NCBI GenBank assembly: GCA_964291265.2
Contig: OZ219747.1
Location: 1,760,001-1,824,000, forward strand
Source of the DNA: Alphaproteobacteria bacterium
GTDB taxonomy: Bacteria > Pseudomonadota > Alphaproteobacteria > SP197
Direction of reading: 5' to 3'
DNA length: 64,000 nt
The notes under the pieces are model-generated. The model ran no database searches. It was not told where the DNA came from and saw only the letters and a list, made by a program, of their open reading frames with translations. Positions 9,030 through 20,274 of this stretch are shown here, piece after piece. The translations under genes were made by a program, and so were the position numbers. The first letter of the stretch is position 1; the number at the start of each line of letters is the position of its first letter.

Positions 9030-9350
9030 ATCAGGATTGGGGAGTTGTCGTGATGACGCGGGTGTTGGCAGGGCTCATTCTGGCCCCGGCCAATGTGGGA
9101 ACGGATCAAGAGCCCGATCTCAAGCTTCGCGCGCGGCAGAACGTCATTCTTGAGCCGGGGCATCTGTCTCGGGATGCTCGGCCAGAGACGTGCCTGCGTC
9201 CTTGTCGAAGGAGATATGGAAATACCCGCCGATTGCGACGGAGTTGTTTACACCACGCTGGACGATGCAACCGTCTGGAAGATAAGACTTGTTCAGGAAT
9301 CGAGGGCCGCCGGCCTTGATGTCGACGCCAACAGAATAGTTTCGCCATGA
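9030..9350 (+). pseudogene. TIR-like nucleotide-binding domain (PF10137/Cap12-Pycsar type) C-terminal remnant
   Basis: GVVVMT...RARQNVILE, then a frameshift to LGMLGQRRACVLVEGDMEIPADCDGVVY...WKIRLVQE. Confidence 0.65.
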
Positions 9351-9652
9351 ATACGCAACTGTCTATCCCCAAATCCGAGCTGGCTGAGTTCTGCAAGGAG
9401 CATGGCATCCGGCGTCTGGCAGTTTTCGGCTCGGCGTTACGGGCGGATTTCGGCCCCGAGAGCGACCTTGACTTGCTGGTCGAATTTGCACAAGGTCGGA
9501 CCCCCGGATTGTTGGGCATAGCCGGCATGGAGATCGAGTTGTCGTGTCTGTTCGGGGGCCGCAAGGTGGATCTGAGAACTCCGGAAGATCTCAGCCGGTA
9601 TTTCCGCCAGGAAGTCCTCGACGCGGCTGAAGTCCAATATGCGCAAGGATGA
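9347..9652 (+). CDS. mntA: Minimal nucleotidyltransferase antitoxin (MNT)
   Basis: [16 protein letters not shown] = GSx10DxD; KVDL motif. Confidence 0.9.
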   Translation: MNTQLSIPKSELAEFCKEHGIRRLAVFGSALRADFGPESDLDLLVEFAQGRTPGLLGIAGMEIELSCLFGGRKVDLRTPEDLSRYFRQEVLDAAEVQYAQG

Positions 9653-10001
9653 CGAGATCCGATTGCTGCACATGCTGGATGCCGCGCGGGAAGCGGTGGC
9701 CTTCGCTCGTGGGCGGACGCGCGGCGACCTCGACAATGATCGCCAGCTGGTTCTGGCGCTGGCCAAGGATGTAGAGATCGTCGGCGAGGCAGCAGTCCAG
9801 GTCACCATGCCCACACGCCAGTGTTTCCCGGAAATACCGTGGGAAAAGATCGTCGGAATGCGCAATCGGCTTGTCCATGCATATTTCGACATCAACCTTG
9901 ATATCGTCTGGAATACGGTAATGGGAGACTTGCCGGAACTGATTTCTCTACTCGAATCGATCATTCCGTTCGAGCGTGACCCGACACCGGAGTCGAACTA
10001 G
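9639..10001 (+). CDS. hepT: HEPN/DUF86 ribonuclease toxin
   Basis: [22 protein letters not shown] (Rx4HxY); overlaps mntA. Confidence 0.9.
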   Translation: MRKDDEIRLLHMLDAAREAVAFARGRTRGDLDNDRQLVLALAKDVEIVGEAAVQVTMPTRQCFPEIPWEKIVGMRNRLVHAYFDINLDIVWNTVMGDLPELISLLESIIPFERDPTPESN

Positions 10002-10052
10002 TGGCGCGCGACCATCGACCGCCTGATCGTCAGTTCTTCCTGAGGAAAGCCA

Positions 10053-10175
10053 ACGCAGTCGTGGGCTCATGGGCACGTAGCCAGAGTCTGACAGTTGTGT
10101 TTCTGGTCATGGCGAGAAAGTTGTATGCGGGCTTCTTGTGGCTTGTTGGCGATGCGGCGAAACTGCTTGGCCCAA
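10053..10175 (-). mobile_element. IS5-family transposase 3' remnant
   Basis: KQFRRIA.../YNFLAM...VRLWLRAHEPT matches an IS5 (IS427-like) C-terminus. Confidence 0.5.
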
Positions 10176-10361
10176 CTGGTTCAGTAGAGGCCTCATCATC
10201 GGACGCCTTGGAGATGGTGCTTGTACGGGCAAGGGTCCTTGTACGCGTGGTCTCCACCATTTTCACGGCAAACGGGTGGTCGATGAAGATGTGCGTCGAG
10301 CCGGGGTGATCTTCCAGCGTGCTCCGATTGTCAGGACGACAAATGTTGCGGGCTTGCTGAG

Positions 10362-11500
10362 TTAAGGTCGCTCGAACCCGCTCGCCTTGAAACACGGCGT
10401 CTGGCTGTTCTCGTTGACGATGCGCTCAACATCATCCAACAGCGCCTCTGGGGACCTCCGCATCGATCTCGACGGTGAAGCGAATCTCTACTGCGCGGCA
10501 GCGTCTTCATGTGTTGCAGCATCCCATCCGCCACTCGGTCCATGTCCCGTCCGGCGCGCTCGGCGTCAATTTCGACTGTGCTCAAGAACTTGGGGGCGGC
10601 GTTTTCTGTCTCGCCCTGGTATTGCCGTCTGCGCCCGCTCTCGCAGTGGTGCCGTCGCCGAACGCAGGTCCCGTAGTACCGTCTTCGCCAGCGGCGTAAG
10701 AGTTGGACCACGGCGTCCGCCGCCTGCTGCACCCTTGCCATATCGGCGTTGCGAGCACACTTGGTCGGTCGATGATGACAGAAACGCCATCAGTCAGTCT
10801 CAAGCCGACATATCGGTCCTTGTCCTCGTCGAAGTGACCTGCATGGGCGAAGTTGTCGAATACAGGTTCGCTGATTCCTGCCTGAGCGACCTCCATCAGG
10901 ACTTGAGAATCCCGCAACCGCGCCAGATGCAGGTAGGATGCCAGATACTCCGAGAGCTTCTTCGTCCCGACATGATCTGTATTCTGCCATGGGTAGGTGT
11001 TAAGAGAACGCGCGTGAGGCGCGCGTGTTGATGGCTGGATTTTCGTCAGGAGAGGTTCCTCGTGTGCCAGTTTCCTGGAACAGCGGACCGTCAGCGGGTC
11101 ATGACCCTGAAACCTGCTCACGGACCGTTCGATCTTGCGGCTCTTGGGGTCTGACCGGTGCGGGACAGGCGCTCTGTGCCAAGTCTCGAGAGTACGCGCG
11201 GCGACGGCCTTTTCGAACTCGTCGCGCCTCTCTCGGCCTGCTTGCGCCGAAAGGCGTCGAGGTTCAGATGCTCGTGTTCGTCGGCGATGGACGACTACGC
11301 CATACAGAAGCGAACCGTTTGGCGAGATTGAGGCAGGCACTGTTGGTCTGGTGCGAGGAACACAAGCACATTGCGGGGGATGTGCCGTGCGCCGCCGCGC
11401 ATTCAATGCTCAGTTCGAGAGGTTTCGTCTGCATGGCCCATTTAAAGGAACGCCATCGACCACGATGCCACCGCAACTTTCGCCACCCGCATGTATCAAC
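10362..11500 (-). pseudogene. DUF499 family ATPase-associated defence protein, C-terminal remnant with multiple frameshifts
   Basis: Pieces RNVLVFLAPD..MA*SSIADE..LNLD; ETW..; YLHLARLRDSQVL; TVEIDAERAGRD; VERIVNENSQT..FKASGFE; left boundary approximate. Confidence 0.6.
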
Positions 11501-11637
11501 CCCGCCGGACATTCAAGCGCAGAACGGCAGGTCCGCCAGACAGGCCCGACATGGACGGTGGCAGGCTGTTCCGTTTAGCAGGAACCGGGCGAGGGAGAGA
11601 GCCGGCCCTGGTGTTCAGATGTCTGGCGATACCGGCG

Positions 11638-12534
11638 TTACGCGAGACAATCGCAGACCACCTGGTTGTAGGCGGGAGCGTGATCGATCATCCCGGAGCG
11701 GGCATAGGTCGCGATGTTGCGCTTCCAGCGCTCCGGATCGGTGGCGACGGCGTGTTCGAGCCCCGCATCGCCGGCGACAAGAGGGACCATCATCTCGAGA
11801 ATTCGGCGGTTCTCGCAGGCATCCGCGTGTTCCCGTGAATGGGCGGCTACCAGCCGGGCGCACTCGTCAAGGTTGGTCATGGCCTCCCGCCAACCCTCCT
11901 TGCAGGCGGCAAGGAAACGACCGAGGGCCGGACCGTGAGCGTCAGTCATGGTGTCGGTCGTGAACATCATCTGCGCCCAGGGTCGAAGGTGGTCGTGGCG
12001 TATGGGAATGAGGCGCGTTGCGTGTCCGAGGCGCCGAAGTTGGTGGGGTTCCGTCGTGGCATAGCCTTGCACGGCGTCAAAGGTCCCGTCGAGGAGATGG
12101 TCGAGCGTCCAGCCTTCGACCGTGGTTTGCATGGATCCGGAATCGATGCCATGCAGTTCCAGGATTGTTTCCAGGAGATGAACGCCGTCCCGGTGCATGG
12201 CAATCCGTCGCCCGGCGACATCCGCGAGACACTCCATCCCGCGTTGGGGCAGCGTGACGAGGTGGATCGGAGAATCCTGCATTGTCGCACCAATGGCCTT
12301 GATCCCTTGTCCGGCCGCCACGGCACGAACGATGAGATTGTCCTCCATGCATCCGGCACGGCATTCGCCGGCGAGTACGAGATCGAGTGTCGGGGTGTCG
12401 GGGTTCTCCTCCGGTGGCACCAGGCGCACATCGAGGCCCTCCGCGGCAAACAGGCCCTCCTCGCGGGCCCAGAGCAGACCGGCGAACTGACAGTTGACGC
12501 TCCAATCGAGACAGAAGTCGAGAGCAAGGGTCAC
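11638..12534 (-). CDS. NMT1/THI5-like (ThiY/SsuA family) ABC substrate-binding protein
   Basis: LDWSVNCQFAGLLWAREEGLFAAEGLDV; FDAVQGY; GTG start at 12534; no signal peptide seen. Confidence 0.8.
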   Translation of the reverse strand: MTLALDFCLDWSVNCQFAGLLWAREEGLFAAEGLDVRLVPPEENPDTPTLDLVLAGECRAGCMEDNLIVRAVAAGQGIKAIGATMQDSPIHLVTLPQRGMECLADVAGRRIAMHRDGVHLLETILELHGIDSGSMQTTVEGWTLDHLLDGTFDAVQGYATTEPHQLRRLGHATRLIPIRHDHLRPWAQMMFTTDTMTDAHGPALGRFLAACKEGWREAMTNLDECARLVAAHSREHADACENRRILEMMVPLVAGDAGLEHAVATDPERWKRNIATYARSGMIDHAPAYNQVVCDCLA

Positions 12535-12601
12535 GTCTTCGCCTTTCCCGGCCTGCCGCGATCGGCCGGGAGGTCGCGCGTTGCTGAGAGAGCGGTCGAC
12601 G

Positions 12602-12967
12602 TCATCGCGAGACAGGCTCGAAGTAGATCGCGAGAAACTCGTAGTCATCCGAAGGCCACCCGAAGTAGTGGTCATGGTCGCCCCGGAAGGCTTCCAGGCT
12701 CACAGTGCCGTCGGCGGCCGGATCGCGTTGCCACAGCGCGTCGGGAATCGCTCCCCAGGTACAGAGTTCGACGGCCGTGATCCTGATGCGGCAGCGGGGA
12801 GTCCCGTTGGCGTCGTAAACCGTGTAGACCGCACCGCAGTGGATCGACGTGTTGTGGAAGTCCAGTTCCTCGCTCCACTCAAGTGGTCTGACCGTCGCCG
12901 TCTTGACGCCTTCGATGATCTGTTCGATCAGCACGGAGTCGTTCCATTGCATGCGGTGCTCACCCAT
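12602..12967 (-). CDS. ASCH domain protein
   Basis: IIEGVKTAT (GxKTAT), VYDANGTPRCRIRITAV, SLEAFRGDH..YF. Confidence 0.75.
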   Translation of the reverse strand: MGEHRMQWNDSVLIEQIIEGVKTATVRPLEWSEELDFHNTSIHCGAVYTVYDANGTPRCRIRITAVELCTWGAIPDALWQRDPAADGTVSLEAFRGDHDHYFGWPSDDYEFLAIYFEPVSR

Positions 12968-13359
12968 CGTTGAAGCACTCCGTGCCGCGTCCGACTGCCT
13001 CATCGCGTTCGGTTCCTAGAAGACGAAGTCTGCCGTGGACAAGGAGCGCCTTCAACCGTCCGGACGAGCCGCCCCAGCCCCCCGCCTTTCCAACCCGGCG
13101 CCGGCTTCGCGGCGCACCATCGTTCTTCACATAGCCGCCTTTCTCGAAACAGCCTGCGCCAGCGCTGGCGAGGCAACCATCGCCGAGACGGATCATGGGG
13201 TGCGTGCCCGTCCAAGCGGCAAGACGGGCGCAGGCGACGTCAGAACCGGGGGCGAACGGAAGGTCTTGTCGCCCTGTCACCGCTTGGCCGCCGACGTCCC
13301 TGTCCGCCCTGCCATCACGCGCCGGCAGCATGCACGGTCACGCCGTGCAACCATGGCGC

Positions 13360-13636
13360 ATGATCTTCCTGTCCTCTCGTCTCCGGGGCCTGCGCCAACT
13401 GTACGAGAGCAATTCGTCCCGGCGCCGAGACAGGATCTGGTGGAACGGGTACGCGGCATCCCGGCCGTGCCGGCACTGGCGCAGACCATGGAGGGTGTCA
13501 TCCGCGAGGCGGGTCCACCGTCTGCCGGGGGGGGGGGCGGAACGAGTGGAACGTTTCCGTCCCGGAAAACCGGCGGATCACCTTCGAGGAACTGGCCGGC
13601 GCAATCACGCGTGTGAATCCGGAGCACCGCCACTGA
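13360..13636 (+). pseudogene. higB: HigB (RelE/ParE) toxin pseudogene
   Basis: MIFLSSRLRGLRQLYE / DLVERVRGI / WNVSVPENRRITFEE...NPEHRH in shifting frames; G11 tract inside. Confidence 0.6.
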
Positions 13637-13797
13637 TGACCAGTGGCGGCATCAAGATGGGCATGGCCGCCGCGTTCCGGGATCTTCATGCGGATCGAGG
13701 TCCTCGAGGAGCTGGGGATGAGCGTTTCGGCGGCGGCGCGGATTCACGGCGTAAGCCGGCTGGTGCTTTCGGCCTCAGCCTGGACCCGCTGTCGTGA
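13636..13797 (+). pseudogene. higA: HigA antitoxin pseudogene (truncated)
   Basis: TGATG coupling to higB; GIFMRIEVLEELGMSVSAAARIHGVSRLVLS HTH start. Confidence 0.6.
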
Positions 13798-13928
13798 ATG
13801 CAGGCGGGAGCCGACGGGATCGACAATCGGTGACATCAGCCCGCATGACCGCCGGGCGCAGACCCTTGCGTCGTCTGTGCGGCGCGGAGCCCGGTCATGC
13901 ACGAGAGCGTCTCCGCTGTCGAATGACA

Positions 13929-14486
13929 CTACGTCACCGGCGCTCCGAAGAGCGTGCCGTGAAGGGCCGCCAGAAGCCCGGCGACAATCAGGCCGCCGGT
14001 GACGGCAGCGGCATCCATGGTGATGCGAGGCGCTGGCTCCTTGGGCGGGCCCTTGCCTCGCGCCACCGCGCTGACGATCTCAACCACCGCGAACAGTGCG
14101 AAGCCGCCGAACAGCACGATGGAGCGTACGTCACCATTGGAGAGGAGATGAGCGAAGGCCCACAGCAGCAACCCAAGCAGCATCGGATGCCCGACCACGG
14201 CTCGAATGTGGGTGGGCATGTTGGACGCGGCGAACAGCACGAACGCGACAGGCACCAGGACCATCGAGGCTTGATGTCCCCAGGCGGGAGGCTCGTAGAC
14301 CACTTCGATGGGGGAACGCGCGAAGCCCCACACAACGGCCGCCAGGGAGAGCAGCACGACCGCGCTGAACACACCGCGATAGGGAATCGCTCCTATCCGC
14401 TCCACCAGGTTGGCGCGCAATCGCGGGACGCTTGGAATCAGGTGGATTGCGATGAACAGCACGAGACCGGCGACCAACAGTGACAT
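13929..14486 (-). CDS. NnrU family membrane protein
   Basis: LVLFIAIHLIP, YRGVFS, GHPMLLGLLLWAFAHLLSNGD. Confidence 0.88.
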   Translation of the reverse strand: MSLLVAGLVLFIAIHLIPSVPRLRANLVERIGAIPYRGVFSAVVLLSLAAVVWGFARSPIEVVYEPPAWGHQASMVLVPVAFVLFAASNMPTHIRAVVGHPMLLGLLLWAFAHLLSNGDVRSIVLFGGFALFAVVEIVSAVARGKGPPKEPAPRITMDAAAVTGGLIVAGLLAALHGTLFGAPVT

Positions 14487-14720
14487 GGGTGTGCTCCTTG
14501 GTTCAGTTGTCGGCCACGGTGACCGGACCGACGGATTCCCGCGAGGGTCCCGGGCCGGCGTGGACTGAGTGATCCCGCGCCGATGCTACCAGTCTCTTGT
14601 GCCGTCGTGGCCAGATGCGCGTCAAGCGAGACCGGACAGACGGACCTCTCTCTCGAAGCTGAAAGGAACTGCCTGCGGGCAGTCCAGGCGCTCGACGCCA
14701 AGGCAGGCACCTACAGCGTG

Positions 14721-15710
14721 TCATCTGTGAACGTCCTTCTGCAACCACGCGGTCGGGCTTGACCCGACGATGCGCAGAAACTCGCGGTTGAAGTTGGATC
14801 TTGTCTGGAACCCGGATGAGAGCATGGCCTCCGTGACCGTCTTTCCGTCAAGAAGGGCCGACTTCGCGGCTTCGATGCGGGCCGCGTTGATGAACCGCGA
14901 GACGTTCTCGTCTGTCGAACGGTTGACCGCGGCCGACACCTCCTTGGCCGGGAGGCGCAGCCTGCGCGCCAGTCTCGCCAGGGTGAGATCCGGATCGAGC
15001 CAGGGGCGATCCCTTGCCATCAGCGTCTCGAGGCGTTGCATCACAAGCCTGTCGTCGCCGGAGTGGTCTTCGATCGACGAAGCCGGCCTTCGCGAATCCG
15101 TGACCCGCGCACTCGAGAGACCGAGGACTCCAACGACGAGCAGGTTGGCAAGGGAAGAGACGCTGATGATCCATGGCGTCAGGCGCGGCACCCCGAACTC
15201 CATGGCGACGGCGATCAGCACGTCGGCCATGGCGGACGCGATCAACGCGATCCCGACGATCTGCCAGATCCGCCGGGGCCACTCCCCGGCCTCGAGGATG
15301 GCATGGACCAGGCCGTCGCCGTTGCGCCAGCCGACCCACAGGATCGCGATGCCGTATCCCGCGAACTGCGCCGGTATGAGCACATCGACGGCTGGCGGTT
15401 GGAGAAGCCACGCTGCGGGCACGGCGGCGGTGGCCGCCAGGTGCATCACATCGCGCCATCGGGGATGCCGTCCGGCGGTCATCCGGAAGGCGATCCATGC
15501 GGCGGGTGGAATCAACGTGGCGGTCACGGGTTGAAGCGTCGCCATGGCGCGAAGCCCGTAGTGCTGGTTGAGCGAGATGATCATCGCCTGAACGGCGCAG
15601 AGCCCCAGCAGCGCCGCGAGCGGCCCATGTCTGCGATCAGACAGCACGAGACGCAGGAACATGAAGCCCAGGACAAGCGCAACGACGAGGGGGATGGGAA
15701 GGCTGGGCAT
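14721..15710 (-). CDS. Membrane-bound AraC family transcriptional regulator
   Basis: N-terminal TM helices; LDPDLTLARLARRL, FINAARI, SGFQTRSNFNREF. Confidence 0.9.
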   Translation of the reverse strand: MPSLPIPLVVALVLGFMFLRLVLSDRRHGPLAALLGLCAVQAMIISLNQHYGLRAMATLQPVTATLIPPAAWIAFRMTAGRHPRWRDVMHLAATAAVPAAWLLQPPAVDVLIPAQFAGYGIAILWVGWRNGDGLVHAILEAGEWPRRIWQIVGIALIASAMADVLIAVAMEFGVPRLTPWIISVSSLANLLVVGVLGLSSARVTDSRRPASSIEDHSGDDRLVMQRLETLMARDRPWLDPDLTLARLARRLRLPAKEVSAAVNRSTDENVSRFINAARIEAAKSALLDGKTVTEAMLSSGFQTRSNFNREFLRIVGSSPTAWLQKDVHR

Positions 15711-15827
15711 CAGCGTCGATCCGATGTCTCAAAACCGGTTTCAGGTGACCTTGATCCGGTTCAAGGACGCCGGGCGGCGAGAATTGCAGCATTGAAGGGG
15801 TGTCTCAATCCACACAGGAGATCTTCC

Positions 15828-16844
15828 ATGCGAGTCTTGTCCCTGCTTTTCGTGTTGTCGCTGTTCCCCGCCCTTGCGGCCGAGGCTGATCCGGCAGGGT
15901 ACCGGAAGCTGTCGATCCCGGCACCCCATCACGGACGGATGATGCAGGGGGCCATGTGGTATCCGGCCGGGCAACCCGGACACGAAGTGGAGGTTGCCGG
16001 GAATCCGGTGTTCTTCGGCGTGACCGTTTCCGAAGATGGCACGATGGCCGACGGACAACACCCGCTGGTCATGATGAGCCATGGGCTCGGTGGTCGCGCC
16101 CATTCACTGGCATGGTTGGCTGCAGGTCTTGCCGAGCGCGGAGCCATCGTGATCGCTGTCAACCACCCCAACTCCACCTGGAGAGATTTCGACTGGCGGG
16201 GCATGCTCGATCACTGGACCCGGGTCGAGGATCTCGTTCTCGCGCTCGACTGGGCCCTTGCCGATCCCGGCGTCGCCCCGCACGTGGACCGGGATCGCGT
16301 GATGGCGGCCGGTTTTTCCTATGGCGGCTGGACCGCGCTCTCCATGGCAGGGCTGCGCGGCAACCTTGATGGTTTCGCGGCGTTTTGTCAGGAGTATCGG
16401 GCTCGTTCCTCCGTCTGTCAGGATCTTGACCAGGTCGGGATCAGTCTCGGTGCACTGTCTGCGGAGACCTGGGATGCATCATACAAGGACGACAGGATCA
16501 CCCGCGTCGCCGCCATCGATCCAGGGCTGATCTGGGGACTCGAGAGACGCCACGCCATCGATCTTGTCCATGACGTCACGCTTGTCGGCCTGGGAGAGGG
16601 TGATCACCGTCTTGCCGACACCGATTTCGATGCCAAGGGGCTTGCAGGGTTGTTGCCCGATGCCGACATCCTGCGCCTGACACCGGCAGGTCACTTCTCC
16701 GCCCTTCCACTCTGCCGGCCCGGAGCCGAAGCGATTCTGGAAGCGGAAGGGGAGGATCCTGTCTGCACCGATCCCGACGGCACCGACCGTGCCGGCCTGC
16801 ACGCTGTCATCGTCGACAGACTGGCGGCAGACCTTGATCTGTAG
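15828..16844 (+). CDS. Secreted alpha/beta hydrolase (dienelactone hydrolase-like)
   Basis: Signal peptide, SHGLGG, GFSYGG nucleophile elbow, GHFSAL; AGGAG RBS; divergent from the AraC gene. Confidence 0.85.
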   Translation: MRVLSLLFVLSLFPALAAEADPAGYRKLSIPAPHHGRMMQGAMWYPAGQPGHEVEVAGNPVFFGVTVSEDGTMADGQHPLVMMSHGLGGRAHSLAWLAAGLAERGAIVIAVNHPNSTWRDFDWRGMLDHWTRVEDLVLALDWALADPGVAPHVDRDRVMAAGFSYGGWTALSMAGLRGNLDGFAAFCQEYRARSSVCQDLDQVGISLGALSAETWDASYKDDRITRVAAIDPGLIWGLERRHAIDLVHDVTLVGLGEGDHRLADTDFDAKGLAGLLPDADILRLTPAGHFSALPLCRPGAEAILEAEGEDPVCTDPDGTDRAGLHAVIVDRLAADLDL

Positions 16845-17459
16845 CGTGACGTTCAGGTCCCCGGCCTCGAGGCCGGGGACCTTCTCTCTTCCGGGCGCGT
16901 GTCCGGCAGCCTCCGTCGTCGTCTTCATGCCTGCAACAGTCTGATCGATCAGCACAGAGCGCATGCGCCGTTCCACCCTCGTTGACGCACTCCGTGTCGC
17001 GTGTGCGCGGCCGGTCTTCCTCGTGGCGTACGGCTTGCAGAAGGCGCACTTTGCTCGACCACCTGGACCGGACCCGTGAATCCGGCATTCCTTTGTTCCG
17101 CTGCACGCCAGCGACTCGAGCTGGTGATGTCCTCGCGAAGCCCCGGCGGAGCAAACCGCAACGGCCATCGGCAACGAGCCGGGGACCAGGCGTGCAGGAC
17201 AGGCCGGGCCGTCTGCAACGCAATCACTGTTGCAATCGGCGCTTGTCTTGACCTGCCTTCGGCATGGCGAGCCGCAGGCGATCAGAAGGCGTTCGGCTAC
17301 CACGTTCATCCCTGCACGTGCCGGCAGGCAAGAAGCCAGGATGGCCGGGAATGGTGGACGCCGGATTCGTGCCGGCAGTGACCGGCGAGTCCTTCTCCCG
17401 TCGTTGATCGCCGCAGGGCGGGCGCATAGGATCAATGGCGGCTGAAGCGGGCGGGGACC

Positions 17460-18218
17460 ATGACGCATCGCGTGGAGTATGAAGCTTCCCCCAGGCGGGT
17501 GAGGGCAGTGTTGCGGGACGAGACGATCGTCGACAGCACGAACGTCCTTCTGGTGCGCGAGACGGGCCATGTTCCGGTCTACTACTTTCCCCGGGATGAT
17601 GTGGTCATGGAGCAGTTGACCCCCACGGCGAAGAGCACGCATTGCCCGTGGAAGGGGCATGCATGCTACTGGACCATCAATGCCGGCGGCGCGGCGGCAG
17701 AGAATGCGGCCTGGGCCTATCCCGATCCTCTGGAAGAGGCATCGGCGCTGCAGGATCGCATCGCCTTCTACTGGCAGGGTCTCGACCACTGGTACGAGGA
17801 GGACGAGGAAGTCTTCGTCCATGCCCGGGACCCGCGCGTCAGGGTCGACGCGTTGCTGAGCCACCGGCCTGTCGAGGTGATCCATGCCGGCGTGGTGCTG
17901 GCGCAGAGCGACCGGGCGCAGTTCCTTTTCGAAACCGATCTTCCAACCCGTTACTACATTCCGCCAGACGACGTGCGTCGGGACCTCCTTGTCGAATCGC
18001 CGACCACCACGCGCTGTCCCTACAAGGGGGCGGCCACGCACCTTTCGCTCATCATCGATGGCGTTACCCATGACGACATCGCCTGGGTCTATCCCGATCC
18101 GATTCCGGAATGTTTGCGCATCGCCGGTCACATCGCCTTCTACAACGAGCGCGTCGACCGGATCCTGGTGGACGGAAAGCCCGTCGAACTGCCGCAGACA
18201 GCGTGGTCGCGCGGCTGA
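17460..18218 (+). CDS. Tandem DUF427 domain protein
   Basis: Two repeats with YYFP/YYIP, THCPWKG/TRCPYKG, AWxYPDP. Confidence 0.9.
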   Translation: MTHRVEYEASPRRVRAVLRDETIVDSTNVLLVRETGHVPVYYFPRDDVVMEQLTPTAKSTHCPWKGHACYWTINAGGAAAENAAWAYPDPLEEASALQDRIAFYWQGLDHWYEEDEEVFVHARDPRVRVDALLSHRPVEVIHAGVVLAQSDRAQFLFETDLPTRYYIPPDDVRRDLLVESPTTTRCPYKGAATHLSLIIDGVTHDDIAWVYPDPIPECLRIAGHIAFYNERVDRILVDGKPVELPQTAWSRG

Positions 18219-18225
18219 CGGCCGT

Positions 18226-19995
18226 TCAGGAAGGCCTGGCGAGGCGGATCCCGAGTTCTCTCATCTGCCGTTCGGACACCTCTCCCGGGGCTCCCATCAT
18301 CAGGTCCTGGGCCTGCTGGTTCATCGGAAAGAGCGTGACTTCGCGGATGTTCGTTTCGCCTGCGAGCAGCATGACGATGCGGTCGATTCCGGGGGCAATG
18401 CCGCCGTGCGGGGGACATCCGTAGCGGAAGGCCTCGTGGAGGGCGCCGAACCGTGCCTCGACCTCGCTCGCCGGGTAGCCGGCGATCTCGAAGGCCTTGA
18501 TCATGGTAGCGGGCTCGTGATTGCGGATGGCGCCGCTGGAGAGTTCGACGCCGTTGCACACGATGTCGTACTGGTACGCCAGGATGTCGAGGGGATCCCT
18601 GGTCTCCAGAGCCTCGAGGCCGCCCTGGGGCATGGAAAAGGGATTGTGGCTGAAATCGATCCTCCTTGTCTCGGGATCGTACTCGTACATCGGGTAGTCG
18701 ACGATCCAGCAGAACCGGAAAACGTCCCGCTCGGCGAGAGAAAGTTCTTCGCAGACACGGGTGCGCACGAGACCGGCAATGCGTTCGGCCGCATCCCTTG
18801 CATCGCACGAAAAGAACACGGCATCGCCGTCACCGACCCCGGCGAGTGACCGGATTGCGTCGAGTTCACTGTCTTTCAGAAGACGTGCGACTGGTCCCTT
18901 GCCCGCTCCGCCCTGGAAAGCGATCCAGGCCAGGCCGCCTGCCCCGTTCTCCTGGGCAAAGGTGATCATGCGGTCGAAGAAGCTGCGCGGCGCGGCCGCG
19001 CCTCCCGGCACGGGAATGGCACGGACCACCGCGCCTTCGCCGATCTGTCGGCGAAAGATCCTGAAATCGGAATCGGCAAAGGGCGCCGTGGCATCGGCGT
19101 TGACCAGGGGGTTGCGCAGGTCCGGCTTGTCGGTGCCATACTTCAGCATGGCTTCGTCATGGGCGATGCGGGGGAACGGCGACTCCGTGACCGCGCATGA
19201 CGTGAACTCCCTGAACAGCCCGCCGATGACGGGTTCGATGGCCGCGAACACATCCTCCTGTGTCACGAAGGCCAATTCCACGTCGAGCTGGTAGAACTCC
19301 CCGGGCGAACGGTCAGCGCGCGCATCCTCGTCGCGGAAACAGGGCGCGATCTGGAAGTAGCGGTCGAAGCCGGAAGCCATGACAAGCTGCTTGAACTGCT
19401 GCGGCGCCTGGGGGAGGGCGTAGAACGAGCCGTGGTGCAGGCGGCTGGGGACCAGGAAGTCCCGCGCCCCTTCCGGACTCGATGCGGTCAGTATAGGGGT
19501 CTGGAACTCCAGGAATCGGCCCTGGATCATGCGCCGGCGTATGGAATCGATGATCCTCGAGCGCAATACGATATTCGCGTGCATCGACGGTCTGCGCAGG
19601 TCGAGAAACCTGTACCGCAGACGCATGTCCTCCGGATAGTCGACCTCGCCGAACACGGGCATCGGCAAGGGTTCGGCCTCTGACAACATGGTGAACACCC
19701 GGATGCGCACCTCGACCTCGCCGGTGTCGATCTCCGGGTTCACGGTGTCGGCGCCACGGGACACCAGTTCGCCCTCGATGGTGACCACGCTCTCCGGGCG
19801 GGTCCGCTCCACCACGGCAAACCCCGGGTCATCGGCCTCGATGACGCACTGGGTCGTGCCGTACTGATCACGCAGATCGACGAAGAGGAGATTGCCGTGA
19901 TCCCTCTTGCGGTGAACCCAGCCGGAAAGGCGTACGGTTGCTCCGACATGGTCGCGGCGAAGTTCGCCGCAGGTATGTGTGCGATAACGGTGCAT
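18226..19995 (-). CDS. aspS: Aspartate--tRNA ligase (likely non-discriminating)
   Basis: [52 protein letters not shown]. Confidence 0.97.
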   Translation of the reverse strand: MHRYRTHTCGELRRDHVGATVRLSGWVHRKRDHGNLLFVDLRDQYGTTQCVIEADDPGFAVVERTRPESVVTIEGELVSRGADTVNPEIDTGEVEVRIRVFTMLSEAEPLPMPVFGEVDYPEDMRLRYRFLDLRRPSMHANIVLRSRIIDSIRRRMIQGRFLEFQTPILTASSPEGARDFLVPSRLHHGSFYALPQAPQQFKQLVMASGFDRYFQIAPCFRDEDARADRSPGEFYQLDVELAFVTQEDVFAAIEPVIGGLFREFTSCAVTESPFPRIAHDEAMLKYGTDKPDLRNPLVNADATAPFADSDFRIFRRQIGEGAVVRAIPVPGGAAAPRSFFDRMITFAQENGAGGLAWIAFQGGAGKGPVARLLKDSELDAIRSLAGVGDGDAVFFSCDARDAAERIAGLVRTRVCEELSLAERDVFRFCWIVDYPMYEYDPETRRIDFSHNPFSMPQGGLEALETRDPLDILAYQYDIVCNGVELSSGAIRNHEPATMIKAFEIAGYPASEVEARFGALHEAFRYGCPPHGGIAPGIDRIVMLLAGETNIREVTLFPMNQQAQDLMMGAPGEVSERQMRELGIRLARPS

Positions 19996-20274
19996 GAACG
20001 ACATTCCGGGAAGCAGATGCGATGACTAGACAACGCAACACTCCCTGTTTGTCAAGCGGCGGGAGCGATCCTCGTTCCGTCTTGTCACGACGCTGCACGG
20101 GCACGAGACCATGGCTGCGGCGTCAGCGCGCCGGCGAACCGGGCCCGTTGGAGGAGCGCCCGGTGGTGAACGGCCGAGTGGCGTCCGAAGGATGACAAGT
20201 CCCCGTCTTGCCGATGACGGCAACCGCGTTCCTCCCTGTGGACTTCCAGGGAAGGCGCCGTTAGAGAGTCCGTC

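Noticed and set aside
12535-13350. TPP riboswitch upstream of the THI5-like gene
   Set aside because: The only GCTGAGA seen is on the wrong strand and the rest of the motif is absent
15036-15827. N-terminal extension of the 602 aa ORF
   Set aside because: It is the antisense shadow of the AraC gene; the real start is ATG 15828 with an RBS and signal peptide
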